Source: a virus. Taken from it: a DNA stretch of 64,000 nucleotides. Position numbers and translations under genes: made by a program. The notes beneath the pieces were generated by a model, which saw only the letters and a list, made by a program, of their open reading frames with translations, searched no databases and had not been told where the DNA came from. This document shows, in pieces, positions 29,569 to 40,040 of this stretch. Location of the stretch: IMG/VR virus record IMGVR_UViG_3300025687_000022. One strand, given 5' to 3'. Within the stretch, counting starts at the first letter, position 1. Every line of letters begins with the position of its first letter.

Positions 29569-30264
29569 TTATCTTTTAACGATTGACTTTTTTAAAGCTT
29601 CACGAACAGCGCGACGAAGTTTTGCTTCACTAAGACTCGGAGGAGCACCAAATTGGTCTTTTTCTTTGTCACCTTCTTCTGCTTGTTCTGCTGCTTGTTT
29701 CATCGGCTCTTCTTTATCACCGTCTTTATCAAGATCAAGATAATCAGGCTTTGCTTCTTCGTTTAAGTTATCAAAATTCATATTAAAGCCCCAGCTTTCA
29801 GCTAAAAGGCTGTTAAGTTCTTTGTTTTTCCATTTTTTGTTAGACATATTGTTTGCTCCTTTTTGCAAATGTTCAAAATAAATAGTATGCTTAATGCTGT
29901 CTTCCCAATCGCGAAAACATAAATTTCCTTGTTCGTAAGCTTCTCTTTCCATTTCTCTTAAATGTTCATCGTTTTGTGCGTATCCGTCGCCCATCTGACC
30001 TACTTGATCAAATTTGCCATTACAATTTTGAGTATGATGAACCAATTCATGAGAAAGTGAACGCATAACATCTTTAGGATGTCTTCCAGTAATGTAAAGA
30101 GTCACGCTTTTTTGTTCTGGATCGTAATACGCTGTTTTGCCAAGAGGGTTTTGAGCGTTTGTTTGATCTCTTTTCAAGAATAATCTTGGAGGAGATTCAA
30201 ATCCCATACGCTCTTTTGCAAATGGCATAAATTGCTTTATCATTGGCTTAAGAACATCAATCAT
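29569..30264 (-). CDS. Zincin-like metallopeptidase domain protein with acidic tail
   Basis: HELVH...EREA; DLDKDGDKEE EF-hand-like loop; C-terminal LSEAKLRRAVREAL. Confidence 0.7.
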   Translation of the reverse strand: MIDVLKPMIKQFMPFAKERMGFESPPRLFLKRDQTNAQNPLGKTAYYDPEQKSVTLYITGRHPKDVMRSLSHELVHHTQNCNGKFDQVGQMGDGYAQNDEHLREMEREAYEQGNLCFRDWEDSIKHTIYFEHLQKGANNMSNKKWKNKELNSLLAESWGFNMNFDNLNEEAKPDYLDLDKDGDKEEPMKQAAEQAEEGDKEKDQFGAPPSLSEAKLRRAVREALKKSIVKR

Positions 30265-30595
30265 CTAAAAATACCTTTTTTTGTTTATCTGAATACCAAA
30301 TATATTCTAAATAGTTGTTAAATGGGTCTTTTACATAAGCACCTGTAGTTCCATCACGATGTTCTACAATTTCTGCGTTTTCTGGGAAGTCTTTTTTACT
30401 ATCTATAAGTATTCCAATATGTGCATATGGATACCATTTTTTATCAATAAGAGCAATATTTGTGTTTTCTACTTTTAATCTTATGTATTTTTGATCTCGA
30501 AAAGTTACTTCGCCCTTTAAATGGCTTACATACCATTCTTCCGCGACTTGCAAATCATCAACTAATAAGGCTATGTGATCAATTACTGATTTCAT
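30257..30595 (-). CDS. VOC/glyoxalase-family protein
   Basis: IDHIALLVDDL, HIGI and YVKDPFNNYLE motifs. Confidence 0.85.
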   Translation of the reverse strand: MKSVIDHIALLVDDLQVAEEWYVSHLKGEVTFRDQKYIRLKVENTNIALIDKKWYPYAHIGILIDSKKDFPENAEIVEHRDGTTGAYVKDPFNNYLEYIWYSDKQKKVFLDD

Positions 30596-30860
30596 TTTGT
30601 TTGCTCTCCGACGCTTTTGAGATTATTCGCAGATTAAAAGTAAATAGTTCTATCTCGCCTCTAACGGGCTCTTTCATCGGAATAACAGTACAAACAGAAA
30701 CAAGTCTATTAGATTTGATTTTATTGCTAATATTTGTTATTAAACCATAGTTTAATTTCCAACTTTTGTCGATAGGACACCACTTAGACCACTCTACAAT
30801 ATCGCCAATACAAAAATCATCAGAGATTAGCTTGCCGAATGGACTATCGCTTGGTTCCAT
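30579..30860 (-). CDS. Hypothetical protein (SH3/KOW-like)
   Basis: IGDIVEW motif; ORF track. Confidence 0.5.
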   Translation of the reverse strand: MEPSDSPFGKLISDDFCIGDIVEWSKWCPIDKSWKLNYGLITNISNKIKSNRLVSVCTVIPMKEPVRGEIELFTFNLRIISKASESKQNEISN

Positions 30861-30866
30861 TAATAT

Positions 30867-31004
30867 TTACCTTTCTTTTAAAATTGATGCTATTAAAGCC
30901 AATAAAGTTAAAGCAACAAATTCAAAACCCCAAAGAGCATAACAAATCCAAGTAACAACAAGAAAAATTATAACCCTCCAGAACACACCAAATTCAAATA
31001 ACAT
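30867..31004 (-). CDS. 45-aa membrane protein (not in ORF track)
   Basis: Hand translation MLFEFGVFWRVIIFLVVTWICYALWGFEFVALTLLALIASILKER; fills the gap. Confidence 0.55.
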   Translation of the reverse strand: MLFEFGVFWRVIIFLVVTWICYALWGFEFVALTLLALIASILKER

Positions 31005-31297
31005 TAGTTGTAGCCCACATAAAATATTTCTTTTCTGTCTATCATGACTACGTTGTTTGAAGAAACATAAACCATAACTCTATTTCTTGAATCTAAAGTT
31101 TCGTCTATCATAAAACAAGTAGTGCCTCTCGCAACCTTAATAAAGCTACGAGAAGTTATATCATAACACATTATGTAACCGCTTGAACCTCTTATTATCA
31201 TTTCTGGAAGAAGTTCTTTATTTTTATCTGGTATTCCAGCTAACTGATTTAAAACTCTTTGAAGTTTTTTTGTTATAACTGTATCTTCTAACTTCAT
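31004..31297 (-). CDS. Hypothetical protein
   Basis: ORF track. Confidence 0.55.
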   Translation of the reverse strand: MKLEDTVITKKLQRVLNQLAGIPDKNKELLPEMIIRGSSGYIMCYDITSRSFIKVARGTTCFMIDETLDSRNRVMVYVSSNNVVMIDRKEIFYVGYN

Positions 31298-31317
31298 ACA
31301 ATAAATAGAAGCTTAAA

Positions 31318-31554
31318 TTAACTTTCTTTATACTTTTTTAAAGCATCAAGTACAACACGAGCAATCTTGCGACTATCAGCCGCTGAAGGCGAAGTTGAAG
31401 AAGTTGGATCGTAAGCTGCCAGCCAGTCCCCCACTTCTGAAAGAGGAACAAGAACCGGAATAATAATACATTCTTCTGAAATGCTACTTCCGTCCGTGTC
31501 TTCAGTAGAAATGGTTCCTTCTACAACTTGAGAATAATCTGCGTTCATGTGCAT
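31318..31554 (-). CDS. Small hypothetical protein, probably associated with the fibre module
   Basis: ORF track; directly downstream of fibre-like genes. Confidence 0.5.
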   Translation of the reverse strand: MHMNADYSQVVEGTISTEDTDGSSISEECIIIPVLVPLSEVGDWLAAYDPTSSTSPSAADSRKIARVVLDALKKYKES

Positions 31555-31556
31555 TT

Positions 31557-32330
31557 TTAAGCTCCTGCTGCAATAGTTGTTGAGACATGGCTCAACTTAA
31601 ATTTAGTTTGATCGCCTGCGGTGATTGTCACATTGTTCGCCCCAATGCCTAAACCAACCATTAACTGCACGTCTGTAGGGACAGGAAGACCTGTAGTGTA
31701 AACGCCAGCAGAGCGAGCGGCGGCTTGGAGGTTCGCGTCGGTGTTGTCGAAAATCATAAATTCACCACCACCAAGCCCGTCGCCACCGCGTATCGTAGTA
31801 CAAACGCCATAGATCCCGTTATTCGGACCGTTTGAAGATTCTGTGTGTCGTGTAAATACACCATAAAGGGGATTGGTCACTGTCGAAAAACGCCCCATCG
31901 TACCGCCAGTCCCACACATCAAGCCGGTGTCCGTTGATGCAGCATCAAGGGCTGCACCGAAAACACCTTTCCATCTGAACGGGCATACGTCAGGGGAGCC
32001 CAGGGGAGGTACTTCCATGCGATAGGTCGACACAAGTAGGTCCAATGACGTGACCTGTGTGCCATCAATTTCCAAGTTCTTGTACCAACGTGGTGCTCTA
32101 ACAGTAGTACCGTAAAACCAGTTATAGTCACCAGAGCCAACAGGCAGTGCGTTCCATGTTAGTGTATGCCAAGCACCAGAAAAAGTAATTGTATTAACAA
32201 GACTGTCTGGATCATAAAGCGTCCATGAACCATCTGTTAAATCTATTATTGTTAGGGTCTTATCATATTCAGAACCACCAGCAGCAGGAGTTAGTGTCCA
32301 AACGCCATTCGTTAAAGTCCAGTCAGCCAT
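31557..32330 (-). CDS. Probable virion appendage/fibre-associated beta-rich protein
   Basis: Thr/Gly/Trp-rich with low charge; the central part is GC-richer than its flanks. Confidence 0.5.
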   Translation of the reverse strand: MADWTLTNGVWTLTPAAGGSEYDKTLTIIDLTDGSWTLYDPDSLVNTITFSGAWHTLTWNALPVGSGDYNWFYGTTVRAPRWYKNLEIDGTQVTSLDLLVSTYRMEVPPLGSPDVCPFRWKGVFGAALDAASTDTGLMCGTGGTMGRFSTVTNPLYGVFTRHTESSNGPNNGIYGVCTTIRGGDGLGGGEFMIFDNTDANLQAAARSAGVYTTGLPVPTDVQLMVGLGIGANNVTITAGDQTKFKLSHVSTTIAAGA

Positions 32331-33328
32331 TATCTATCACCTACAATAAGCCAACCTAAAGCACCGCCAGCAATAATGGTAACTGCGCTCCAAGCGCTTT
32401 GAATTTTAGCTTCAGTTCCTGAGTCAATTGTTTCAGAACCAGACGGCTGTATAACAATATTATTTGTTGCAGAGTTTCCATCGGCATCTTTAAATACAAA
32501 GATTCTTCCTCCACCAGCATCAGCTAAAGAAGGCAAGCTTGCTGTAACATGAGTGCTTGAACCAGAAATTAAATAATAATGATCTGATGTTTGTGCTGTA
32601 AAAGAAGCGCTATGCACTATAACTGCTCTACGTAGACCAGCCCGTGTTCTTAAGCCTCCATCAACATCAAGAGTATCCGTTGGATCAACTGTATTAATAC
32701 CAACTAAATTTGCTGAAGAGGACACAAAAATAGTATCGTCTGCTACAGAAACATCTTGATCGTTTCCAACAAAAAGAAAACCTTTGTCTAGGTTTGGTGT
32801 TGCGTTGGTACGACCAGCGCCGCCAACTTTAATTTGCCCAGCAGAAGCATCGACGCGCATAACTTGCCCAATGTTCTGCAATAAATTAAATGAACCAGTT
32901 GGAGCTAATTTTGTAAAGCTACCAGATGTTCCACCAGAGCCTGTTTGAACGTAAAGTGTGTCACCAAGGCTATAGCCTGCTGTGTTTACATTTTTTAAAC
33001 TACCAAGAGTAATGATTTGAACTTCTGCTCCATTATTTGCGTTAGAAGCTGCAACACCAAAAGCTGGCATTTTATTTGGATCATCACATGCAGCAAGAGC
33101 AACAGTAGGCGTTTGTCCAGAAGCACCAGTAACAAAAACAACTTGACCTTTTGTTATTGAATCTCCCTCTGCATTTATCGCAGTAAAAGTAACTGCTGCA
33201 TTTGCATAATGAGAATAAAGAGTTTCAATTCTTAAGTTTTCTTCTCCTATGCTGTAAGCCTCATCAGAGTATGGAGTTAAAACACTTGTTCCTGTTACAA
33301 AACTATTGCTGTTGATATTATAAGCCAT
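32330..33328 (-). CDS. Tail-fibre/decoration-like structural protein
   Basis: GQVVFVTG...MPAFGVA, VGINTVDPTDTLDVDG and KDADGNSATNNIVIQPSGSETID, motifs common in phage fibre proteins. Confidence 0.65.
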   Translation of the reverse strand: MAYNINSNSFVTGTSVLTPYSDEAYSIGEENLRIETLYSHYANAAVTFTAINAEGDSITKGQVVFVTGASGQTPTVALAACDDPNKMPAFGVAASNANNGAEVQIITLGSLKNVNTAGYSLGDTLYVQTGSGGTSGSFTKLAPTGSFNLLQNIGQVMRVDASAGQIKVGGAGRTNATPNLDKGFLFVGNDQDVSVADDTIFVSSSANLVGINTVDPTDTLDVDGGLRTRAGLRRAVIVHSASFTAQTSDHYYLISGSSTHVTASLPSLADAGGGRIFVFKDADGNSATNNIVIQPSGSETIDSGTEAKIQSAWSAVTIIAGGALGWLIVGDR

Positions 33329-33610
33329 TTAAATTTGCTCACCTTTATGTATTAATAAACGCAAAGCGCCGTTACCTTTGATTACTCGATGGTAAACATA
33401 AGCTGGTATGTTATAAGTAGTGCCTTCTTTTAATAAAACAGGTAGTTCGTTATCCATCTGTAAAAACCAATTGTTTGATTCTAAAACTTTTATTTTTCTA
33501 TTTTCACGATCTTGGTGCCAAATTAGCTCTTCAGAGTTTGTAGTTTCTTTAAATTCTCGTAAAAATAGTTGATTACCAACTTTTTGTTCTGTAAATGGAT
33601 AATCAGACAT
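33329..33610 (-). CDS. Small cupin-like hypothetical protein
   Basis: ELIWHQDRE and IPAYVYHRVIKG; likely start MSDYPF at 33610. Confidence 0.6.
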   Translation of the reverse strand: MSDYPFTEQKVGNQLFLREFKETTNSEELIWHQDRENRKIKVLESNNWFLQMDNELPVLLKEGTTYNIPAYVYHRVIKGNGALRLLIHKGEQI

Positions 33611-34739
33611 TTTGTTTTCCACTCATGTTAAATGGTCTTTCTAAATCTACAATGTTTATCTCTGCGGGCTCATCAGTTAGTTTAAATTTTCTAAAAATGA
33701 AATCTAAATATGTCACAAATCTTGAAATCTCAGTTTCAACTATTTGTTTCATTTCTTGCTCTAACGCCTCTTCGGCTTCTAAGATGGCTATATCGTAATC
33801 CTCATTTTCTTCTATATCTTCATCAGAATCAACATCAATCAATTTTTTATAATATTCAAATACTTTTGGTGCTAAAGACTCTCTCATTCTTTGAATGTAA
33901 TATTGTCTCTGTATAATATAAATTGGCATTAAAATTTCAGAGATAATCTCTCTTTTTATATTTTCTTTATTGTTGATGTAATTTTCAACTGATTTAATTT
34001 TTGTATAAAATGCATTCCTAATTTGGCGGAAAAAAGAATCTGAATTTATTTTGTCATTCTGTATTGTATAGATACTTTTCATATCTTCTGTAAATTTTTG
34101 CGAGTCTTCTAGAAAATTATTAAAATTGGTGCTTTTAATTGATAAAGTTTCTCCAAATCCAACAAGAATAAAATCTGAATTTTTATACCCGACTAAGACA
34201 GAGCCGTCTTTCCTGCCTGTGAAAACTAATCCATGTATTTTTTGTTTTTCACTTGCATTGTTTTCTAAATATGTTGAAAATGCAAGAGCTTGTTCGCTTG
34301 TGAATGGCTTATCTGTTCTGTTGAGCAAACTTGTTTCGTTACAAATCATTTCTAACTCTTCGTCTATAAATAAATCATTTTGTTCTAATTGCTGTTTTAA
34401 ATTATGATTTCTTCCATATACTTTTTTTGCCTCTTTATAATCAAAAATCGCATATTTATTTAAATTTTTAACTTCAAATTTAAAAACAAAATCACCATAT
34501 TCATATAAGAGATCATTTGAATTTCTAACGGTATAAATACCACGACCATAAAGGTCGCCCTCGCCTGGAATAAACCCTTTTTCTCTTAACGTTTCTATTC
34601 TATTTAAAATTTCGTTTTTTTGAAGACTTTCATTTCCTCTAGAGCCTTTACCGAAAGCATGATAAACAATAGCTTTATTTTCAAATGGTATAATCTCTTC
34701 AGAGATAAACTGTCGCCAATTTTCAAATAGAAGCTTCAT
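33603..34739 (-). CDS. Leader-bearing ADP-ribosyltransferase-like (PARP/HYE-type) protein
   Basis: Leader MKLLFENWRQFISEE; VYH...KGFIPGEGDLYGRGIY...YG pattern. Confidence 0.65.
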   Translation of the reverse strand: MKLLFENWRQFISEEIIPFENKAIVYHAFGKGSRGNESLQKNEILNRIETLREKGFIPGEGDLYGRGIYTVRNSNDLLYEYGDFVFKFEVKNLNKYAIFDYKEAKKVYGRNHNLKQQLEQNDLFIDEELEMICNETSLLNRTDKPFTSEQALAFSTYLENNASEKQKIHGLVFTGRKDGSVLVGYKNSDFILVGFGETLSIKSTNFNNFLEDSQKFTEDMKSIYTIQNDKINSDSFFRQIRNAFYTKIKSVENYINNKENIKREIISEILMPIYIIQRQYYIQRMRESLAPKVFEYYKKLIDVDSDEDIEENEDYDIAILEAEEALEQEMKQIVETEISRFVTYLDFIFRKFKLTDEPAEINIVDLERPFNMSGKQNV

Positions 34740-34750
34740 TGTGTCATACC

Positions 34751-35332
34751 TTACCAGAATCTACCGGGGACATTTGTACCAAAGTCTTTATGAGCCCTGC
34801 AAGCCCAATAACCGGGTTTTGTTTTATCTTTTTTCTGATCGCACTTGTGCCTTGCAGCAAAACTTTTACGAGCTTCTGGGTCGTTCCAGTTGCCTTTTAG
34901 ACCACCTTTTGCGTCACCATAAGTAACTTTCTTGACATTACCTGTTTTTGGATCGCGAACATAAACTTTATATTTCTTTCCTGAACCAGTATTTTTGGTT
35001 GGCTTGTTTAGTGGCGGGTCTTTTTTCTTGGACTCTTCTTCTAAAACTTCATCGTACATTGGAAAATCAAGCGGGACTCTTTCACCTTCAAATATCGCCC
35101 ACTCACCTAAATCGGTATGCTTGAGGGTATGAAGATCAATTAACTGAGGATTAATTTCTTTATTCTCGTACATCTTTCTTGCTTCGTGAATAACACGAAA
35201 ATAGTTATCAGACCCAATACGATAAATATTTCTTGAAAAAGGAATCTTATTTTCAAGATGGTAGTCTACCATTTCAATAGCTTCGGTTTCTTCTTTAATT
35301 ATTTGCTTTAATTTAGCTTCTGTTATTTTCAT
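34751..35332 (-). CDS. Leader-bearing (MKIT class) protein with basic C-terminal domain
   Basis: MKITEAKLKQIIKEE; basic domain KKYKVYVRDPKTGNVKKV...RKSFAARHKC...GYWACR. Confidence 0.7.
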   Translation of the reverse strand: MKITEAKLKQIIKEETEAIEMVDYHLENKIPFSRNIYRIGSDNYFRVIHEARKMYENKEINPQLIDLHTLKHTDLGEWAIFEGERVPLDFPMYDEVLEEESKKKDPPLNKPTKNTGSGKKYKVYVRDPKTGNVKKVTYGDAKGGLKGNWNDPEARKSFAARHKCDQKKDKTKPGYWACRAHKDFGTNVPGRFW

Positions 35333-36354
35333 GGTTGGTTTCCTTTGGATACGTTTAAAACTTCCATAAAATGTTCGTATGCTGTGCCGTAGTATTCAGA
35401 AGATTGAAACAATCTTCGTAGTACTCGTGGCAGCGACTCACAGAAGGTGAGATCAAGGCTCGTCAGGTTCGTACAGCCCGCCAGACCGTCTACGTTCTCC
35501 AGCGACGTGCACCAGTAAGCGTCGAGGGTCGTCAGATTCGTACAGCCCGCCAGACCGTCTACGTTCTGCAGTGACCTACACCGGCTGAGGTCGAGGTCCG
35601 TCAGGTTCGTAAGCCCCTGGAGCCCGTCTACGTTCTGAAGCGACTTGCAATTGCTGAGGTCGAGACTCGTCAGGTTCGTAAACCCCTGGAGTGCATCTAC
35701 GTTCTGAAGCGACTTGTTCCCGGTGAGGAAGAGGCTCGTCAAGTTCGTAAGCCCCTGGAGCCCGTCTACGTTCTGCAGCGACGAGCACCTTTCGAGGTTG
35801 AGGTCCGTCAGGTTCGTAAGCCCCTGGAGCCCATTTACGTTCTGCAGCGACGAGCACCATCCGAGGTCGAGGCTCGTCAGGCTCGTGCAGCCCTTTAGCC
35901 CGTCTACGTTCTCCAGCGAATAGCAATGGTTGATGTCGAGGCTCGTCAGGCTCGTAAGCCCCTGGAGTCCGTCCACATTACGCAGCGAATTGCAATAGCT
36001 GAGGTCTATTTTTGTTGTAACGTTTAGTTCACGTAAGCCTGACAAGAAATTAACATTTTCTTCTTCTATATCTGACTCTGCAAACTGATCAATTACTTCT
36101 AGCTTTTTTAAGATTTCGCTATTTCCTGCTGGATCGCTGGCTTTAATTACGTCTTTGTACAGTAAATAAACCTCTACTCCTTGTGCAAACTCCCAAGGAT
36201 CATTTGAAGATAGAAGTCTTATTATTTTTTGTGCCGGCGTAAGTTCTTCCTCTTCTTCATAATCATAATCATCATCATATTCGTCTTCTTCAATAAGAAG
36301 CTTAACAACTTCTTCTTTGATGATCTGATTCAATTTTGATTTAGTTATTTTCAT
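35329..36354 (-). CDS. Leader-bearing LRR protein 1 (N-cap type A, about 8 repeats)
   Basis: MKITKSKLNQIIKEE leader; 23-aa repeats LxxLxLxxCxSLxNVDGL. Confidence 0.9.
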   Translation of the reverse strand: MKITKSKLNQIIKEEVVKLLIEEDEYDDDYDYEEEEELTPAQKIIRLLSSNDPWEFAQGVEVYLLYKDVIKASDPAGNSEILKKLEVIDQFAESDIEEENVNFLSGLRELNVTTKIDLSYCNSLRNVDGLQGLTSLTSLDINHCYSLENVDGLKGCTSLTSLDLGWCSSLQNVNGLQGLTNLTDLNLERCSSLQNVDGLQGLTNLTSLFLTGNKSLQNVDALQGFTNLTSLDLSNCKSLQNVDGLQGLTNLTDLDLSRCRSLQNVDGLAGCTNLTTLDAYWCTSLENVDGLAGCTNLTSLDLTFCESLPRVLRRLFQSSEYYGTAYEHFMEVLNVSKGNQP

Positions 36355-37208
36355 CCTTTTTTACCTGATTTTGATTTCTTGCCCCAATTTCCACGCTCTC
36401 CACAAGCTGATGGTGTTGGTCTGCAAGAAGGATATTTAGATCTTTTTTCATCTCCAGACCTACCGCATGGAGAGCACTTCTTTTTGCCTGTCTTTTCGTC
36501 CTTTCTGCAAGTGTTGCAATCAACCCAGCCACCTTTCTTTCCAGGTGCTCCTTTACGACCAAACCAATCGCGAAGAGAAGTTTCAGATGATGGCTTCTTA
36601 GTTAGTTTTCTTTTTTTTTCATTTAGCTCTTTTTGTATTTCTTCGTCAATAAGAGAACTAAGAAAATCTGCCTGAGAGCCATGCTTTTTAACAGAATCTT
36701 CAAGTTGACCAATAATTTCTTTTATTTTCTTAATATCTTGGTCGGACATTTCTTTGCTTTCAAAAACTTTATTTATTTCTTCATCAATTATTTGATCGAG
36801 ATGCTCAAAATCAATAGATTCTTTTTTGGAATTGCCCCAATTTTTAGCACCTACTTTACGACATTTAACAAGTGCCCCTGAAGCGTATGCAGATGGCCAA
36901 ACTTTATAACGAGATTTAACTTTATGATAACAAGCATCTTTCTTTCCTGAAGAATTCTTTTTCTTTTTTCTATCAGCTACCTTGCGAGCACGTTTCTTGC
37001 CCTTTTGTTGCTTTTTCTTTTTCTCGTTTATTTCTTCTTCCTCAAGAGTGGCGGTGCCTCCTGCTTTTTTATAAAGTTGAGATGCTTCTTCTTTTGAGAT
37101 CATGCCAAGTCGAAGCATTTTTTTAATAGCTTCTCTTTGCCTTTGTTTTCTTTCCTCGTTAGAACGAGTAATTTCTTCTTCGTTAATATCACCATATAAA
37201 TCTTGCAT
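36351..37208 (-). CDS. Lys-rich multidomain protein, probably head-associated and nucleic-acid binding
   Basis: KKDACYHKVKSRYKVWPSAYASGALVKCRK and LRDWF...GWVDC...KYPSCRP blocks separated by acidic LDQIIDEE-type linkers. Confidence 0.65.
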   Translation of the reverse strand: MQDLYGDINEEEITRSNEERKQRQREAIKKMLRLGMISKEEASQLYKKAGGTATLEEEEINEKKKKQQKGKKRARKVADRKKKKNSSGKKDACYHKVKSRYKVWPSAYASGALVKCRKVGAKNWGNSKKESIDFEHLDQIIDEEINKVFESKEMSDQDIKKIKEIIGQLEDSVKKHGSQADFLSSLIDEEIQKELNEKKRKLTKKPSSETSLRDWFGRKGAPGKKGGWVDCNTCRKDEKTGKKKCSPCGRSGDEKRSKYPSCRPTPSACGERGNWGKKSKSGKKG

Positions 37209-37264
37209 AGTTTTGGTATCCTTGCTTTAAATAGTTAGCAGTCAAAGGACAATACAAAAAAATA

Positions 37265-38197
37265 TTATCCTTTTAAAACTTCCATAAACTGCTCGTATGC
37301 TGTGCCACTGCTATCAGATTCAAACCTTTCTTGTAATTCTGGTGGTAGCGATGAGCACTCTATGAGGGAGAGGCTCGTCAGGTTCGTGCAGCCCTTCAAC
37401 CCATCTACGTTCTGCAGCGAATTGCAGAAGCCGAGGTTGAGGTACATCAGGTTCGTGCATTCCTTTAGCCCGTCTACGTTCTCCAGCGACTCGCAGAAGC
37501 TGAGGTAGAGGTACATCAGGTTCGTGCATTCCTTTAGCCCGTCCACGTTCTGCAGCGACTTGCACCTGTTGAGGTTGAGCCAATTCAAGTTCGTACAGCC
37601 CGCCAGCCCGTCTACGTTCTGCAGCAACTCGCATTTGTAGAGGTTGAGGTCCGTCAGGTTCGTGAGTCCTTGGAGCCCGTCTACGTTCTCCAGCGACGTG
37701 CACCCGTTGAGTTTGAGGCTCGTCAGGTTCTTGCAAAACCTTAAAAAATCAACGTTTGTGATAAAATCATTTGCAATATTAAGTCTCTCAATCTGATCAA
37801 GCATATTTTTAACACGATCAGATTTTTCAGCAAAATAGTTTAAAATCATCCCAAGTTGTTGCGGAACAATTTCTTGCGGAAGATCAAATCCTTGTGTAGT
37901 TATTGAATTACTTTTTGAGTCGAAAACGAAATGACTTGCAATTGTATCGATGAGTTGTTGATATTCGAGTTGTGAAAATCCAGGTTGTGGATCTTCAAGG
38001 GCGTCAAGAATTGAAAGACCTTGCTGTACATTAGCAGAATCATCTGAAATTAGAAGCTTGATTATTTTTTGTGCGTAAGTAAGTTCTTCTTCTTCGTAAT
38101 CATAATCATCATAATCATCATATTCGTCTTGTTCAACAAGAAGCTTAACAACTTCTTCTTTGATTATTTGCTTTAGTTTAGTTTTGGTGATTTTCAT
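37265..38197 (-). CDS. Leader-bearing LRR protein 2 (N-cap type B, about 5 repeats)
   Basis: Same leader and 23-aa LRR. Confidence 0.9.
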   Translation of the reverse strand: MKITKTKLKQIIKEEVVKLLVEQDEYDDYDDYDYEEEELTYAQKIIKLLISDDSANVQQGLSILDALEDPQPGFSQLEYQQLIDTIASHFVFDSKSNSITTQGFDLPQEIVPQQLGMILNYFAEKSDRVKNMLDQIERLNIANDFITNVDFLRFCKNLTSLKLNGCTSLENVDGLQGLTNLTDLNLYKCELLQNVDGLAGCTNLNWLNLNRCKSLQNVDGLKECTNLMYLYLSFCESLENVDGLKECTNLMYLNLGFCNSLQNVDGLKGCTNLTSLSLIECSSLPPELQERFESDSSGTAYEQFMEVLKG

Positions 38198-39144
38198 GGT
38201 TGGTTTCCTTTAGATGCATTTAAAGCTTTCATAAACTGTTCGTATGCTGTGCCGCTGCTATCAGTTCCAAAATATTTTTGCAATTTTATTGGCAGCGACT
38301 TGCACCCTTCGAGGCTGAGGCTTATCAGATTCGTGCAGTCCTCCAGACCGTCTACGTTCTGCAACGACTCGCACCTGTAGAGGTCGAGTTCCGTCAGGTT
38401 CGTGCATTCCTTTAACCCGTCTACGTTCTCCAGCGACTCGCACCCTTCGAGGGTGAGGTGCGTCAGGTTCGTGCATTCCTTTAGCCCGTCTACGTTCTGC
38501 AGCGACTTGCACCCTTGGAGGTCGAGGGTCGTCAGACTCGCACAGCCCCCCAGCCCATCTACGTTCTGCAGCTTATCGCACCCGTTGAGATAGAGGGTCG
38601 TCAGGTTCGAGCAGCCCTTCAGCGCGTCTACGTTCTCCAGCGACTTACATTCACTGAGGTCGAGCCACGTCAGGTTCGTAAGCCCCTCCAGCCCGTCTAC
38701 GTTCTCCAGCGAGTTGCAGAAGCCGAGGTCGAGCCTCCACAGGTTCGTAAGCCCCTGGAGTCCGTCCACGTTCTGCAGTGATTTGCACCCTTCGAGGATG
38801 ATTTTTTCTGTAACGTTTAGAACACTTAAGCCCGACAAGAAATTAACGTTTTGTATGTCTGGCGACCTTGCAAACTGATCAATCACTCTTAATTTTTCTA
38901 AGATCTGATTATTTCCTGCTGGATCGCTGGCTTCAATATCGTCTTTGAAAAGTAAATAAACCTCTAATCCTTGTGCAAAAGTGCCAGGATCAGGTGAAGA
39001 TAGAAGTCTGATTATTTTTTGTGCGTAAGTAAGTTCTTCTTCCTCTTCTTCGTAATCATAATCATCATATTCGTCTTGTTCAATAAGAAGCTTAACTACT
39101 TCTTCTTTGATGATTTGCTTTAAAGTTGCTTTAGTGATTTTCAT
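38194..39144 (-). CDS. Leader-bearing LRR protein 3 (type A, about 7 repeats)
   Basis: Same leader and 23-aa LRR. Confidence 0.9.
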   Translation of the reverse strand: MKITKATLKQIIKEEVVKLLIEQDEYDDYDYEEEEEELTYAQKIIRLLSSPDPGTFAQGLEVYLLFKDDIEASDPAGNNQILEKLRVIDQFARSPDIQNVNFLSGLSVLNVTEKIILEGCKSLQNVDGLQGLTNLWRLDLGFCNSLENVDGLEGLTNLTWLDLSECKSLENVDALKGCSNLTTLYLNGCDKLQNVDGLGGCASLTTLDLQGCKSLQNVDGLKECTNLTHLTLEGCESLENVDGLKECTNLTELDLYRCESLQNVDGLEDCTNLISLSLEGCKSLPIKLQKYFGTDSSGTAYEQFMKALNASKGNQP

Positions 39145-40040
39145 GGTTGGTTTCCTTTGGATGCATTTAAAGCTTTCATAAACTGTTCGTATGCTGTGCC
39201 GATGTGCTCAAAAGAATGAAAAGATCTTTGCAGTGCTCGCGGCAGCGACTCGCACCCGTTGAGGAAGAGGCTCGTCAGATTCGTGCAGCCCTTCAGCGCG
39301 TCTACGTTCTGCAGCGACGTGCACCCGCTAAGGTCGAGGCTTTTCAGGTTCGTAAGCCCCTGGAGCCCGCCTACGTTCTGCAGCGACTCGCATCTGTTGA
39401 GGTAGAGGGACGCCAGATTCGTACAGCCCTCCAGCCCGTCTATGTTCTGTAGCGACGTGCACCAGCTGAGGTCGAGTTCCGTCAGGTTCGTGCATTCTTT
39501 TAGCCCGTCTACGTTCTGCAGCGACTCGCACCCGCTGAGGTGGAGCCAATCCAGATTCATAAGCCCCTGGAGCCCGTCTACGTTCTGCAGCGAATCGCAC
39601 CTGCTGAGGTCGAGTTCCGTCAGGTTCGTGAGCCTTTGGGGCTCGTCTACGTTCTGGAACCCGTCTACGTTCTTCAGCGACTCGCACCCGCTGAGGTCTA
39701 TTTCTTCTGTGACGTTTAGATCACTTAAGACTGACAAGGAACCAACGTCTGGTATATCTGACCCTGCAAACTGATCAATCACTCTTAGCTTTTCTAAGAT
39801 TTGGCTATTTTCTGTTTGAGCGTTAGCTTCAATATCGTCTTTGACCAAAGAATAAATCTCTACTCCTTGTGCAAAAGTGTCAGGATCTTTTGAAGATAGA
39901 AATCTGATTATTTTTTGTGCCGGCGTAAGTTCTTCTTCTTCGTAATCATAATCATCATAATCATATTCGTCTTGCTCAACAAGAAGCTTAACAACTTCTT
40001 CTTTGATTATTTGCTTTAAAGTTGATTTGGTTATTTTCAT
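39141..40040 (-). CDS. Leader-bearing LRR protein 4 (type A, about 6 repeats)
   Basis: Same leader and LRR; one repeat has a partial duplication. Confidence 0.9.
   Translation of the reverse strand: MKITKSTLKQIIKEEVVKLLVEQDEYDYDDYDYEEEELTPAQKIIRFLSSKDPDTFAQGVEIYSLVKDDIEANAQTENSQILEKLRVIDQFAGSDIPDVGSLSVLSDLNVTEEIDLSGCESLKNVDGFQNVDEPQRLTNLTELDLSRCDSLQNVDGLQGLMNLDWLHLSGCESLQNVDGLKECTNLTELDLSWCTSLQNIDGLEGCTNLASLYLNRCESLQNVGGLQGLTNLKSLDLSGCTSLQNVDALKGCTNLTSLFLNGCESLPRALQRSFHSFEHIGTAYEQFMKALNASKGNQP

Noticed and set aside
2057-31000. Short + strand ORFs in the track
   Set aside because: They lie antisense within well-supported minus-strand genes and have no recognisable motifs.
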